Notes under the pieces: model-generated
The model's database searches: none
What the model was told of the DNA's origin: nothing
What the model saw: only the letters and a program-made list of their open reading frames with translations
From: an uncultured Alphaproteobacteria bacterium
Lineage (GTDB): Bacteria > Pseudomonadota > Alphaproteobacteria > CAZZKF01
Direction of reading: 5' to 3'
NCBI GenBank assembly: GCA_964654995.1
Contig: CAZZKF010000005.1
Span: 1,616 to 65,615, forward strand
Length of the DNA stretch: 64,000 bases
Shown here: one piece after another, positions 9,110 through 22,481 of the stretch
How positions within the stretch are numbered: position 1 is the first letter of the stretch
How the letters are laid out: the number at the start of each line of letters is the position of its first letter
Program-made: the position numbers and the translations under genes

Positions 9110-10258
9110 GTGCCGGCGATGATCGCCGCTGCCGATTTTCTCACGCCGGCCCGGGCCCGCGGCTTCGATTTTTTCACCGGCGTGCCGTGCTCCTTCCTCA
9201 CGCCTTTGATCGATGCGGTGATCAGTGACGCGCAGACCCGCTACGTCGGCGCCACCAGCGAAGGCGAAGCGGTGGCAATCGCCGCCGGCGCCTGGCTCAC
9301 TGGCCGGCGCACGGTGATGATGTGCCAGAACTCAGGCCTGGGCAATGCCGTCAATCCCTTGACCTCGCTCAACCACCCGTTTCGCATCCCCACCCTGCTG
9401 ATCGTCACCTGGCGCGGCCAGCCGGGCCTGGGTGATGAGCCCCAGCATGAGGTGATGGGGGGAATCACCGGCGATCTGCTGAGCGTCATCGGCATCGCCC
9501 ACCGGCCGTTCCCGAAAGATGCCGGCGCCGTCGAGCCGGCCCTCGATGCGGCCCTCGCCGCGATGGACGCCACCTCGCTTCCCTTCGCCTTCATCATGGA
9601 GAAGGGCACGGTGCGTTCGGCCTCGCTCGACCAGGCGCCGGTTGAGCGGCCGGCGCCCGGCCGGCGCGTCGACATGTGTTGCCGGCGGGCGCGGGTGCGG
9701 CGCGCCGCCGTGCTCGAGCGGTTTCTGGCGGAGATTCCTGAGACGGCGGCGGTGATTGCCACCACGGGAAAATGCGGGCGCGAGCTGTTTGCGCTCGCCG
9801 ATCGGCCCCAGCACCTCTATCAGGTCGGCTCGATGGGCGGCGCCAGCGCCATGGGCCTCGGCGTCGCCATGAACGTGACGCGGCCGGTGATCGTCCTCGA
9901 CGGCGACGGGGCGGCGCTGATGAAGCTCGGCAATATGGCGACCATCGGGGCCAACGCGCCGGAAAACTATGTCCATATCCTGCTCGATAACGGCGTGCAC
10001 GATTCGACCGGCGGCCAGGCGACGGTCTCACCCGTCATCGACTTTGCCGCCATCGCGCTCGCCTGCGGCTACCGCCAGGCTTTCCTGTGCGACGATATCG
10101 CCGGCTTCGCCAAGGCCCTGGCCGGGGCGCTGGCTGAACCCGGCCCGGCTCTCGTTCACATGGCCATCGCGCCGGGCTCGCTCAAGAATCTGCCGCGCCC
10201 CAACATCCCGCCCGACCAGGTTGCACGGCGCTTTCGCCATTTCCTGACAACCGTCTAG
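9110..10258 (+). CDS. ppd: phosphonopyruvate decarboxylase (TPP-dependent)
   Basis: 382 aa immediately after pepM. A GTG at 9110 abuts the pepM stop, and there is an alternative ATG at 9119. TPP-binding motif GDGAALMKLGNMATIGANAPENYVHILLDNGVHDSTGGQ. Its size and position are typical of Ppd/AepY. Confidence 0.85.
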   Translation: MPAMIAAADFLTPARARGFDFFTGVPCSFLTPLIDAVISDAQTRYVGATSEGEAVAIAAGAWLTGRRTVMMCQNSGLGNAVNPLTSLNHPFRIPTLLIVTWRGQPGLGDEPQHEVMGGITGDLLSVIGIAHRPFPKDAGAVEPALDAALAAMDATSLPFAFIMEKGTVRSASLDQAPVERPAPGRRVDMCCRRARVRRAAVLERFLAEIPETAAVIATTGKCGRELFALADRPQHLYQVGSMGGASAMGLGVAMNVTRPVIVLDGDGAALMKLGNMATIGANAPENYVHILLDNGVHDSTGGQATVSPVIDFAAIALACGYRQAFLCDDIAGFAKALAGALAEPGPALVHMAIAPGSLKNLPRPNIPPDQVARRFRHFLTTV

Positions 10259-10530
10259 AGCCGATCACCCGGTGTTGGCGCGGCCGCGTTCGCTTTGCCC
10301 TGCCTGTCGATGCATTCCATTCCTGGTCACCTTGAGGGCGAATGTCGAGATCACTATTGCAAATGCGTCGCAGTTGCAATACAGTCACACACACATAGAT
10401 AGGTAAAACAAGACAGCAAAAGGCACGACGCCCGATCGTCTCGAAAGGCCACGCGAACGTTCGAAAGACTCCGCCGACACCGGCAGCCACTGAAAAAAAG
10501 ATCGGTACGGTTCCGCGACAGAGGTGCGAC

Positions 10531-10998
10531 ATGACATTGCCGTTTTCATCCCCCTCGGCCGCCGAATCGACGGCTCGCAATGTCGCCGATCTGGGCCGTG
10601 ACGAGCGCCTGGTGCTGCGCGGCTTTCGTGGCTGGGTCCTGGGGTTGCGGGCCAATGCGGGCGCACCGTGCACCATTGCCTGGACCATGTTTGCCTCAGA
10701 CTTTGGTGCCGAAGCCGGCCGTGCGATCATGGTCGCGTTGGTCGCCGTGATTGCCGCCCTGGCGGCCGGTCCGCGCCGCCCCCTGCGCCTTCATCCACCC
10801 TGCTGCCCGCGGCTGGGCCACGACGAGCTGGCGCTTCTGGGTCTTCTCGACGCCTGCCGGCAAGGCCACTGGGCGCTGGCCCGGGCCCGGGCCGAATGGC
10901 TGGTTGAGGCCAATGGGGTCGGCGATCTTCTGGCCGCCATGAGCCGGCTGGCCCGGACATTGAGTGACTCGGCAAAGACAACGCAACCCGGGCCCTGA
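10531..10998 (+). CDS. hypothetical protein (Ala-rich, no recognised domain)
   Basis: 155-aa ORF with coding-like composition. It follows a relatively AT-rich leader at 10320-10530. I could not infer a function. Confidence 0.45.
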   Translation: MTLPFSSPSAAESTARNVADLGRDERLVLRGFRGWVLGLRANAGAPCTIAWTMFASDFGAEAGRAIMVALVAVIAALAAGPRRPLRLHPPCCPRLGHDELALLGLLDACRQGHWALARARAEWLVEANGVGDLLAAMSRLARTLSDSAKTTQPGP

Positions 10999-11064
10999 CA
11001 TCGCCGCCGAGGCTGTCACGGCACGGACAATTCACCCGCCACCGGAATCGCGTTAGAGTGACGC

Positions 11065-11502
11065 ATGATCCGGTCTTCGGCCTTGTCGTTTCGCAAATCG
11101 ATGGTCCGGCGGCGCCGGTTCGGGGTTCTGCTGGCCCTGGCCATGACGATCGCTGGCCCTGGCCTGCAAGCCCAGCCAAGCGCGACCAGCAGCTTCATCC
11201 CCGGCCTCGAGGATGTGCCCTTGATGGCCGGCCTGGCGCTCGACGAGACCCGCGGCTTCGTCTTCGACAAGCCCGACGGCCGTCTGGTCGAGGCGGTGGC
11301 GACGGGGCGCATCCCGGCGGCCGAGATCGCCCGCTTCTACGCCGATGTCCTGAGCCAGTTGGGCTGGCGACGGCGGGCTGGCGCTCCGGATGCCGCCGAA
11401 CAGGTGTTCCGGCGCAACGACGAGGTGCTGACGATCACCACCCGCGCCACCCGTCAGGGCCTGGTCGTGCGGTTCTCGCTGGCGCCACGCGCCGGTCATT
11501 GA
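11065..11502 (+). CDS. hypothetical secreted protein (signal peptide)
   Basis: 145 aa. Signal-peptide-like N-terminus (RRRRFGVLLALAMTIAGPGLQAQP). An alternative start lies at 11101. The overlapping frames (11058..11708 + and 11053..12804 -) look like artefacts. Confidence 0.45.
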   Translation: MIRSSALSFRKSMVRRRRFGVLLALAMTIAGPGLQAQPSATSSFIPGLEDVPLMAGLALDETRGFVFDKPDGRLVEAVATGRIPAAEIARFYADVLSQLGWRRRAGAPDAAEQVFRRNDEVLTITTRATRQGLVVRFSLAPRAGH

Positions 11503-11568
11503 CAGGCACGCCGCTTTCGGGTCCCATCGCGGCGCGATTCCCCAAGGCCAGGCAGGACCCGGAAAACG

Positions 11569-12345
11569 ATGACCTACGAAAACATTCTGGTGGACACCGA
11601 GGGCCCGGTGGGCGTGATCACGCTCAACCGACCGCAGGCTCACAACGCACTGAATACGGCCTTGATGCGCGAACTCAAGGCGGCGCTCAAGGCCTTCGAA
11701 GCGGATGATGCCATCGGCTGCATGGTGATCACCGGCTCGGACGCCGCCTTTGCCGCCGGCGCCGACATCAAGGAGATGCAGGCCCGCGACTACATGGACG
11801 TGTTCGCCGCCGACTTCATCACCGCCGAGTGGGAGCAGGCGGCGGCCTGCCGCAAGCCGCTGATCGCGGCGGTCGCCGGCTATGCGCTGGGCGGCGGCTG
11901 CGAGCTGGCGATGATGTGCGACATCGTCATCGCCGCCGATACGGCCAAATTCGGCCAGCCGGAAATTCGCCTCGGCATCATGCCCGGGGCCGGCGGCACC
12001 CAGCGCCTGGTCCGTGCCATCGGCAAGGCCAAGGCGATGGAGATGTGTCTCACCGGCCGCATGATCGGGGCCGAAGAGGCGGAACGCGCCGGCCTCGTCG
12101 CCCGCGTCGTGCCGGCCGAGAAGCTGATGGAGGAAACACTCGGCGTCGCCGCCGCCATCGCCGGCTTCTCGCGGCCCAGCGTCCTGATGATCAAGGAGGC
12201 GATCAACCGCGCCTTCGAGATGCCGCTGGCCGAGGGCATAAGGTTCGAGCGCCGCCTGTTCCACTCCCTGTTCGCCACCGAGGATCAGAAGGAAGGCATG
12301 CAGGCCTTCCTGGACAAGCGCGAGCCGGTTTTCCGCAACCGCTAG
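11569..12345 (+). CDS. enoyl-CoA hydratase (crotonase family)
   Basis: 258 aa. Crotonase signature [18 protein letters not shown] and the oxyanion-hole region [16 protein letters not shown]. Confidence 0.9.
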   Translation: MTYENILVDTEGPVGVITLNRPQAHNALNTALMRELKAALKAFEADDAIGCMVITGSDAAFAAGADIKEMQARDYMDVFAADFITAEWEQAAACRKPLIAAVAGYALGGGCELAMMCDIVIAADTAKFGQPEIRLGIMPGAGGTQRLVRAIGKAKAMEMCLTGRMIGAEEAERAGLVARVVPAEKLMEETLGVAAAIAGFSRPSVLMIKEAINRAFEMPLAEGIRFERRLFHSLFATEDQKEGMQAFLDKREPVFRNR

Positions 12346-12456
12346 ACCCGGGTCCCGGCCGCTCCGACGGCCGCGCGGTTCGGCGTTGACGCCGGCGGAG
12401 GCCGGGGATATAAACGCATCTCCGAATTTCGAGCCCTTGTGCAGAGACGGTAAGAC

Positions 12457-12723
12457 ATGGCCAATACCCCCGGCGCCAGAAAACGCATTCGCCGCAACGA
12501 GCGGCGCGCCGCGATCAATCGCAACCGCATCAGCCGCATCCGCACCTTCATCAAGAAGGTCGAGACGGCGATCGCCGAAGGCGACAAGGACAGAGCGGCC
12601 GAGGCTCTGCGCGCGGCCCAGCCGGAAATCATGCGCGGGGTGACCAAGGGCGTGCTGCACAAGAACACGGCGGCCCGCAAGATCTCGCGGCTGTCGCGCC
12701 ACGTCGCCCGCATGGGCAACTGA
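12457..12723 (+). CDS. rpsT: 30S ribosomal protein S20
   Basis: 88 aa. [34 protein letters not shown] is classic S20. Confidence 0.95.
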   Translation: MANTPGARKRIRRNERRAAINRNRISRIRTFIKKVETAIAEGDKDRAAEALRAAQPEIMRGVTKGVLHKNTAARKISRLSRHVARMGN

Positions 12724-12889
12724 ACCGGCGCCCGAGTCGCACGCGAATTCCATCCATCTAGCGGCAAGGCCGGCCGCCCGTCGGGCGGTGCCGCGGAGTC
12801 GCACCCGGACAATCCGTCCGCCTGGCCGGCCGGCACCGGCGACCAGGACAAGATTTTGTGGGCATGCGGTTCATGACACCCAAGCGGAC

Positions 12890-13197
12890 CCATTTTTTTT
12901 GGTGTTCACCATGTGATCCGGTTGCCAGCGCCGCCGACCGCAGCTACGTTACGTAGTCTTTGCGATTTCTGTTGTTGTTTTTTAGGTTCAAGTAAAAACA
13001 AAGAAAATACCGGAAATATGATTTTGTTATTGGTCAAAATTTCTCCACATTAGGGATGTTCAAATTCCTGCGCGCGGCCTCGTCAGGTTGTGGCGCCGGA
13101 ATCAGGGGTTTCGTTTGATTGGTACTTGATTTTTTACTGCAATCTGGGACGACCGGGCATCGTGGACGCATCCGGGAAAGGGGGGCTTTTCCGATAA
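12890..13197. promoter_or_regulatory. AT-rich rpsT-dnaA intergenic region: dnaA promoter and candidate DnaA-box/DUE region (possible oriC element)
   Basis: This is the most AT-rich stretch in the window. It contains a T8 run at 12893-12900, long A/T tracts at 12961-13060, and a DnaA-box-like TTCTCCACA at 13050-13058 (one mismatch to TTATCCACA). It lies immediately upstream of rhodanese-dnaA-dnaN-recF-gyrB. Confidence 0.4.
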
Positions 13198-13617
13198 ATG
13201 TCGGGACTGGCTGGCGAAATCGAGGCGCGCGACGCCTGGAAAATACTTGAGCAGGACGATGGCGCGGTTCTGATCGACGTGCGCACCGATGCCGAATGGA
13301 CCTATGTCGGCGTGCCCGATCTGAGCCCCCTGGGCAAGACGCCGGTGCGCCTCTCCTGGCAGCTGTTTCCGGAGATGGCGGTCGATCCCGGGTTTTGCGA
13401 CAAGCTGGAAAGCCTGGGGCTGCCGCGCGATGCGCCATTGCTGTTCATCTGCCGCTCCGGCGCCCGTTCGCGGGCCGCCGCCGAGGCGATGGCGGCCCGC
13501 GGGTATACCCGGTGCTACAACGTCGTCGACGGCTTCGAGGGGGATCCGGACGCGCACAATCATCGGGGCACGATCAATGGCTGGAAGGTCGCCGGCCTGC
13601 CCTGGGTGCAAGAGTAG
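13198..13617 (+). CDS. rhodanese-domain sulfurtransferase (single domain)
   Basis: 139 aa. Rhodanese fold with the active-site Cys loop FICRSGARS. Confidence 0.8.
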   Translation: MSGLAGEIEARDAWKILEQDDGAVLIDVRTDAEWTYVGVPDLSPLGKTPVRLSWQLFPEMAVDPGFCDKLESLGLPRDAPLLFICRSGARSRAAAEAMAARGYTRCYNVVDGFEGDPDAHNHRGTINGWKVAGLPWVQE

Positions 13618-13661
13618 ATATCGGCCAGAAACGACGGACAGGACAGGGAAACGGGGACGCA

Positions 13662-15062
13662 ATGACGGGGCGAGACGTTGATATGGACAGGGACTGGACA
13701 CAGGTTCGTGCGCGGCTCAAATCGGAATTCGGCGACGCCACCTACAACAGCTGGATCAAGCCGCTGAGCCTGGTCGACGTGCGCGACGGCCGCGCCCTGA
13801 TCGCCGCCCCGACCCGGTTCATGCGCGACTGGGTGCTGTCCCACTACGGCGACCGCATTCGCGATCTTCTGGCTCTGGAAAACACCGACATTGCCGATAT
13901 CGAGATCGAGGTCCGCGCCCGCCTCGGCGGGCGTGATTCGTCACCCGGCGAAGCCGCCAAAACCGGCACCGACACCGGCTCCGGCAAGCGCTTGGCGCCT
14001 CAGCGCGCGGTCCCGGAACGCCGCCGCGACGATGAGATCGGCGCACCGCTCAATCCGCGCTTCACCTTTGCCAGCTTCGTCGTCGGCAAGTCCAACGAGC
14101 TGGCCCATGCCGCCGCCCGCCGGGTCGCCGAAAATCCCCATGTCCAGTTCAATCCGCTGTTTCTCTATGGCGGCGTCGGGCTTGGCAAGACCCATCTGAT
14201 GCACGCCGTCGCCTGGCACATCCGGGCCCGCGATCCGGCCCGCAAGGTGATGTATCTGTCAGCCGAAAAGTTCATGTATCAGTTCATCCGGGCGCTGCGC
14301 TTCAAGGACACCATGACCTTCAAGCAGCAGTTCCGCTCGGCCGACGTGCTGATGATCGACGATGTCCAGTTCATCGCCCACAAGGAATCGACCCAGGAAG
14401 AGTTTTTTCATACCTTCAACGCGCTGATCGACAACCACCGCCAGGTGATCATTTCCGCCGACCGCTCGCCGTCCGACCTCGAAGGCATCGACGAGCGCAT
14501 CCGCTCGCGCCTGGGGTGGGGGCTGGTCGCCGACATTCATCCCACCGATTTCGAGCTGCGCCTCGGCATCCTGCAGTCCAAGGCCGAGCAGGTCGGCGAT
14601 GTCGACGTGCCGGAAGAGGTGCTGGAGTTCCTGGCCCGGCGGATCACCTCAAATGTGCGCGAGCTCGAAGGCGGGCTCAACCGGGTGGTCGCCTACGCCA
14701 GCCTGGTCGGCCGGCCGGTGACCCTGGAGATGGCCCAGGAGGTGCTCCAGGACCTGCTGCGCGCCAACGACCGCCGGGTCAGCGTCGAGGACATTCAGCG
14801 CAAGGTCGCCGATTATTTCAATCTCCGCCTGTCCGATCTGCTGTCGGTACGGCGCGCCCGCTCGGTGGCCCGGCCGCGGCAGGTGGCGATGTATCTGGCC
14901 AAGCAGATCACCTCGCGCTCGCTGCCCGAGATCGGCCGCAAGTTCGGCGGGCGCGACCACACCACGGTGATGCACGCGGTGCGCCGCATCGAGGAGCTGC
15001 GCGAGCTTGATGCCGAGCTCGACGAGGCGATTTCCCACATCCGCCGCACCCTCGAATCCTGA
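13662..15062 (+). CDS. dnaA: chromosomal replication initiator protein DnaA
   Basis: The ORF runs from 13296 but overlaps the rhodanese gene. I chose the ATG at 13662 ([12 protein letters not shown]...), preceded by AGGGAA. An alternative ATG is at 13683. Walker [14 protein letters not shown]+ sensor motifs and the C-terminal DNA-binding helix ([32 protein letters not shown]) are present. Confidence 0.95.
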   Translation: MTGRDVDMDRDWTQVRARLKSEFGDATYNSWIKPLSLVDVRDGRALIAAPTRFMRDWVLSHYGDRIRDLLALENTDIADIEIEVRARLGGRDSSPGEAAKTGTDTGSGKRLAPQRAVPERRRDDEIGAPLNPRFTFASFVVGKSNELAHAAARRVAENPHVQFNPLFLYGGVGLGKTHLMHAVAWHIRARDPARKVMYLSAEKFMYQFIRALRFKDTMTFKQQFRSADVLMIDDVQFIAHKESTQEEFFHTFNALIDNHRQVIISADRSPSDLEGIDERIRSRLGWGLVADIHPTDFELRLGILQSKAEQVGDVDVPEEVLEFLARRITSNVRELEGGLNRVVAYASLVGRPVTLEMAQEVLQDLLRANDRRVSVEDIQRKVADYFNLRLSDLLSVRRARSVARPRQVAMYLAKQITSRSLPEIGRKFGGRDHTTVMHAVRRIEELRELDAELDEAISHIRRTLES

Positions 15063-15289
15063 TCGATCGGGGGCGATTTTCGGCGCCCCCGAGCCGGCCG
15101 CCGCCAGGCTTGGCAGGACCCCGTAAACAGGCTAGAAAAACGTGCGGATTCAAGCGGTTTCTGTTATGGTCGGCGTGACCTTCCGGGGGGCCGGGCGCAA
15201 CCCTTGAATGGGGGCTGGTTTTTCTTCATGGCCCGGGTCCCGTCGTGGGGTACGGTTGCGGTATCTTTTTGTCGAGAAGCAGTCAGGCG

Positions 15290-16404
15290 ATGAAACTCAC
15301 CATTGAACGCGGAACCCTGTTGAAGGCGCTGGGTCATGTGCAAAGCATCGTCGAGCGGCGCAACACGATCCCGATTCTCTCCAACGTCCAGATCGAGGCC
15401 GAAGACGGGCGGCTGAGCCTCACCGCTACCGATCTCGACCTGGCGATCGTTGAATCGGTGCCAGCCGACATTCAGGAGCCGGGAACGCTGACGACGCCGG
15501 CGCACACGCTTTACGACATCGTCCGCAAGCTCCCCGACGGGGCCGAGATCGAGCTGCGCTATGACGGCACGGAGGGCCGGCTGGCGCTCAACTGCGGGCG
15601 CTCGCACTTCAAGCTCGCCTGCCTGCCGCGCGAGGATTTCCCGGTGATGGATGCCGGCGATCTGCCGCATCGCTTCGCCATTTCGGCGGCCGACCTCAAG
15701 CGGTTGATCGACAAGACCCGGTTTGCCATCTCCACCGAAGAGACCCGCTATTACCTGAACGGTATCTATTTTCATGTGACTGATGCGGACGGCATCGCCA
15801 GCCTGCGGGCCGTCGCCACCGACGGCCACCGCCTCGCCCGGGTCGAGATGCCGGCCCCCGAAGGCGCCGCCGGCATGCCCGGGGTGATCGTCCCGCGCAA
15901 GGCCGTCGCCGAGCTGCGCAAGCTGATCGACGAATTCGAAGGCGACATCAAGGTGTCGCTGTCGGATACCAAGATCCGCTTCGATTTCGACGACGCGGTG
16001 CTGACCTCGAAGCTGATCGACGGCACCTTTCCCGATTACGCCCGGGTCATTCCGACGACCAACGACAAGGCGCTCGAGGTCGATGCCAAGCAGCTGGAAA
16101 CCGTTGTCGACCGGGTGTCCACCATCGCCACCGAAAAATCGCGGGCGATCAAGCTCAATCTCGATCAGGACCAGCTGGTGCTCTCCGCCACCAGCTCGGA
16201 AACCGGGACCGGAACCGAGGAGCTGGCGGTCTCCTATGCGCAGGACCCCCTGGAGATCGGCTTCAATTCCCGCTATCTCCTCGACATACTTGCCCATGTC
16301 GACGGCGAGCATGCGAAGATTCTGCTGGCCGACCCGACATCGCCGACCCTGGTGCGCGACGAGGCGGATGACGGCGCGCTTTACGTCCTGATGCCGATGC
16401 GGGT

Positions 16405-16408
<4 letters not shown>
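15290..16408 (+). CDS. dnaN: DNA polymerase III beta sliding clamp
   Basis: 372 aa starting at MKLTIERGTLLKAL, a typical beta-clamp N-terminus. The ORF-track start at 15245 adds an implausible 15-aa extension. Confidence 0.95.
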
Positions 16409-20066
<3,658 letters not shown>

Positions 20067-20102
20067 GCGCCGCGGCGCCCGGACTCGCGACAGGCGGCGG
20101 CG

Positions 20103-22013
20103 ATGACCGCGAACAGCGCCGGTAAAGGCGGCTCCGGAAAGTCCCGGCGCCGGGCGCGGCGCATGCCGAAGCGGCTGCGCCGGACTGCACGGTGGGCGGC
20201 GCTCACCGCGCTGTGGGGCACCATTGCCATCGTCGCCATCCTCGGCGTCTTCGCCCTCGATCTGCCCGACATCGGCGATCTCAACGACACGGCACGCCGC
20301 CCCGGGATTACGCTGCTGGCGGCGGATGAGACCCGCATTGCCAGTTTCGGCGACCTGTACGGCGAATGGCTGACGGTGGACGAACTGCCGCCGGTCCTGA
20401 TCGACGCGGTGCTGGCCACCGAGGACCGGCGTTTCTACGACCACTTCGGCATCGATCTGCATGGCCTGGCCCGCGCCCTGTGGGCCAACATCCGGGCCGG
20501 ACATGTGGTCCAGGGCGGCAGCACGATCACCCAGCAACTGGCCAAGAACCTGTTCCTGACGCCTGAGCGCACGATAAAGCGCAAGATTCAGGAGGTGCTC
20601 CTCGCCCTGTGGATGGAGCAGCTGTTCACCAAGGATCAGATCCTCACCCTCTATCTCAACCGCGTCTATCTGGGCGCCGGCAATTACGGAGTGGACGCTG
20701 CGGCACGCCATTATTTCGGCCATTCGGCGCGCAGCCTGAGCGTGGCCGAAGCGGCGATGCTCGCCGGCCTGCTCAAGGCGCCGTCGCGCTATGCCCCGAC
20801 CAACGATGTCGAGCGGGCGCGGGCGCGCGCCGCCCAGGTCATTCGCAATCTGGTCGATGCCGGCCGCCTCGATCAGGCGGGCGCCGATGCCGCGCTGGCC
20901 GCCATGCCCCGGCTCAAGCCCCCGAAGGCACCGTCGAGCGCCCGCTATTTTGCCGACTGGGTGGCGACGCAGCTCCCCGGCCTGATCGGCAACACCGGCC
21001 GCGATCTGGTGATTCGTACCACCCTGGCACCGCGTCTCCAGCGCCTCGCCGAACGCGCGGTGGCTGCCAATCTGGCCCGCGACGGCGACCGCCTCAATGC
21101 CCATCAGGCGGCGCTGGTGGCCCTGGCACCCGGCGGTGCGGTGCGCGCCATGGTCGGCGGCCGGTCCTATGCGACAAGCCAGTTCAACCGCGCCACCCAG
21201 GCGCTGCGCCAGCCGGGCTCGGCGTTCAAGCTGTTCGTCTATCTCGCCGCCATGGAGGCCGGGCTGACACCGGAAAGCCGGATGCGGGACTCACCGGTGA
21301 TCCTCGAGGGCTGGCGGCCGCAGAACTATTCGAAGCGCTATCGCGGCGAGGTCACCCTGCGCCAGGCACTCATTCATTCGATCAACACGGTGGCGGTCAA
21401 ATTGTCCGAGCGGGTCAACCGCCGGCGCGTCATCGCCGCCGCCCGGCGGCTTGGTATCACCAGCAAGATGACGGCGCGCCCGAGCCTGGCGCTCGGCACC
21501 TCGGAGGTGCGCCTGATCGAGCTGACCGCCGCCTACGGCACGCTGGCGCACAACGGGCGCCCGGTCCGGCCCTATGGCATCGTCGAGATCCGCGATGGCG
21601 CCGGCACCGTGCTTTACCGCCGGCCCGAGCGCCGTGATGAGCCGGTGATCGATCCGCTGGTTCTGGGCGAGCTCAACGACATGCTGATCGACGTGTTGAA
21701 GACCGGCACCGGCAAGGCCGCCTATCTCGACCGGCCGGCGGCCGGCAAGACCGGCACCAGCCAGGATTTCCGCGACGCCCTTTTCATCGGCTATACGGCC
21801 GATCTGGTGGCCGGCGTATGGGTCGGCAACGACGACGGCACGCCGATGCGCAAGGTGACCGGCGGCGGTCTGCCGGCGCGCATCTGGCGCGATTTCATGG
21901 CGCCCGCAGTCGCCGACATGCCGGTGCGCGACCTGCCCCGCTATCAGCCGGTGCCGGAACAGAAGAAAAAGAAAAAACGCGGCTTTTTCTCGCGCCTGTT
22001 TTCACGCAAGTGA
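20103..22013 (+). CDS. class A penicillin-binding protein (transglycosylase + transpeptidase)
   Basis: 636 aa. Basic N-terminus plus a TM helix. GT51 motifs (EDRRFYDHFGID, GGSTITQQLAKN) and transpeptidase motifs (SAFK, KTGT). Confidence 0.85.
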   Translation: MTANSAGKGGSGKSRRRARRMPKRLRRTARWAALTALWGTIAIVAILGVFALDLPDIGDLNDTARRPGITLLAADETRIASFGDLYGEWLTVDELPPVLIDAVLATEDRRFYDHFGIDLHGLARALWANIRAGHVVQGGSTITQQLAKNLFLTPERTIKRKIQEVLLALWMEQLFTKDQILTLYLNRVYLGAGNYGVDAAARHYFGHSARSLSVAEAAMLAGLLKAPSRYAPTNDVERARARAAQVIRNLVDAGRLDQAGADAALAAMPRLKPPKAPSSARYFADWVATQLPGLIGNTGRDLVIRTTLAPRLQRLAERAVAANLARDGDRLNAHQAALVALAPGGAVRAMVGGRSYATSQFNRATQALRQPGSAFKLFVYLAAMEAGLTPESRMRDSPVILEGWRPQNYSKRYRGEVTLRQALIHSINTVAVKLSERVNRRRVIAAARRLGITSKMTARPSLALGTSEVRLIELTAAYGTLAHNGRPVRPYGIVEIRDGAGTVLYRRPERRDEPVIDPLVLGELNDMLIDVLKTGTGKAAYLDRPAAGKTGTSQDFRDALFIGYTADLVAGVWVGNDDGTPMRKVTGGGLPARIWRDFMAPAVADMPVRDLPRYQPVPEQKKKKKRGFFSRLFSRK

Positions 22014-22034
22014 CGGCCTGGGGCGGCGACCGGC

Positions 22035-22481
22035 TTACGCCGGATCCTCGGGCCAGGTGACGATATGGCTTTCGACGTCCGAGGCCTCGCGCTCGCTGAT
22101 CACGCGGCCGCGCACCGAGACGCCGGCGGCATGGACGGTTCCCGAATCGCCCGAGACCAGCGGGTGCCACCAGGCCAGCCCCCGGCCCTCGGAGATGCGG
22201 CGGTAGGCGCAGCTCGGCGGCAGCCAGGCCAGATCGTCGAGCTTCTCAGGCCTCAGGACGACGCAATCGGGGACCAGGCGGGCGCGGGCGCTGTAGCGAG
22301 TGCAGCGGCAGCTTTTCAGGTTGAGCAGGCGGCAGGCGATCCGGGTGAACACCACCGGCCCGTCATCCTCGTCCTGAACCTTGTGGAGACAGCAGCGCCC
22401 GCAGCCGTCGCACAGGGATTCCCATTCCCGGGCGGTCATTTCGTCAAGGCGCTTGACCTCCCAGAACGGCTTGTCCGTCAT
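22035..22481 (-). CDS. YcgN/UPF0260 family Cys-rich protein
   Basis: 148 aa. Cys cluster CDGCGRCC...C and overall similarity to the YcgN family. It overlaps the senC start by 4 nt, consistent with an operon. Confidence 0.75.
   Translation of the reverse strand: MTDKPFWEVKRLDEMTAREWESLCDGCGRCCLHKVQDEDDGPVVFTRIACRLLNLKSCRCTRYSARARLVPDCVVLRPEKLDDLAWLPPSCAYRRISEGRGLAWWHPLVSGDSGTVHAAGVSVRGRVISEREASDVESHIVTWPEDPA

Noticed and set aside
11053-12804. 583-aa minus-strand ORF spanning the hypothetical gene, enoyl-CoA hydratase and rpsT.
   Set aside because: It lies antisense to three well-supported plus-strand genes, including ribosomal protein S20 and a crotonase. It has no recognisable motifs and an Arg/Gly/Ala-rich composition.
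12893-12900. T8 tract as an rpsT intrinsic terminator.
   Set aside because: The preceding sequence does not form a convincing GC-rich stem. The nearest hairpin, CCGCCCG-tc-CGGGCGG at about 12771-12790, is ~100 nt upstream of the T-run. I treated the tract as part of the AT-rich dnaA upstream region.
13296-13661. Upstream extension of dnaA to a 588-aa protein.
   Set aside because: The extension overlaps the entire rhodanese gene in another frame and its translation is low-complexity. DnaA homologues are ~450-500 aa, and a good ATG at 13662 gives 466 aa.
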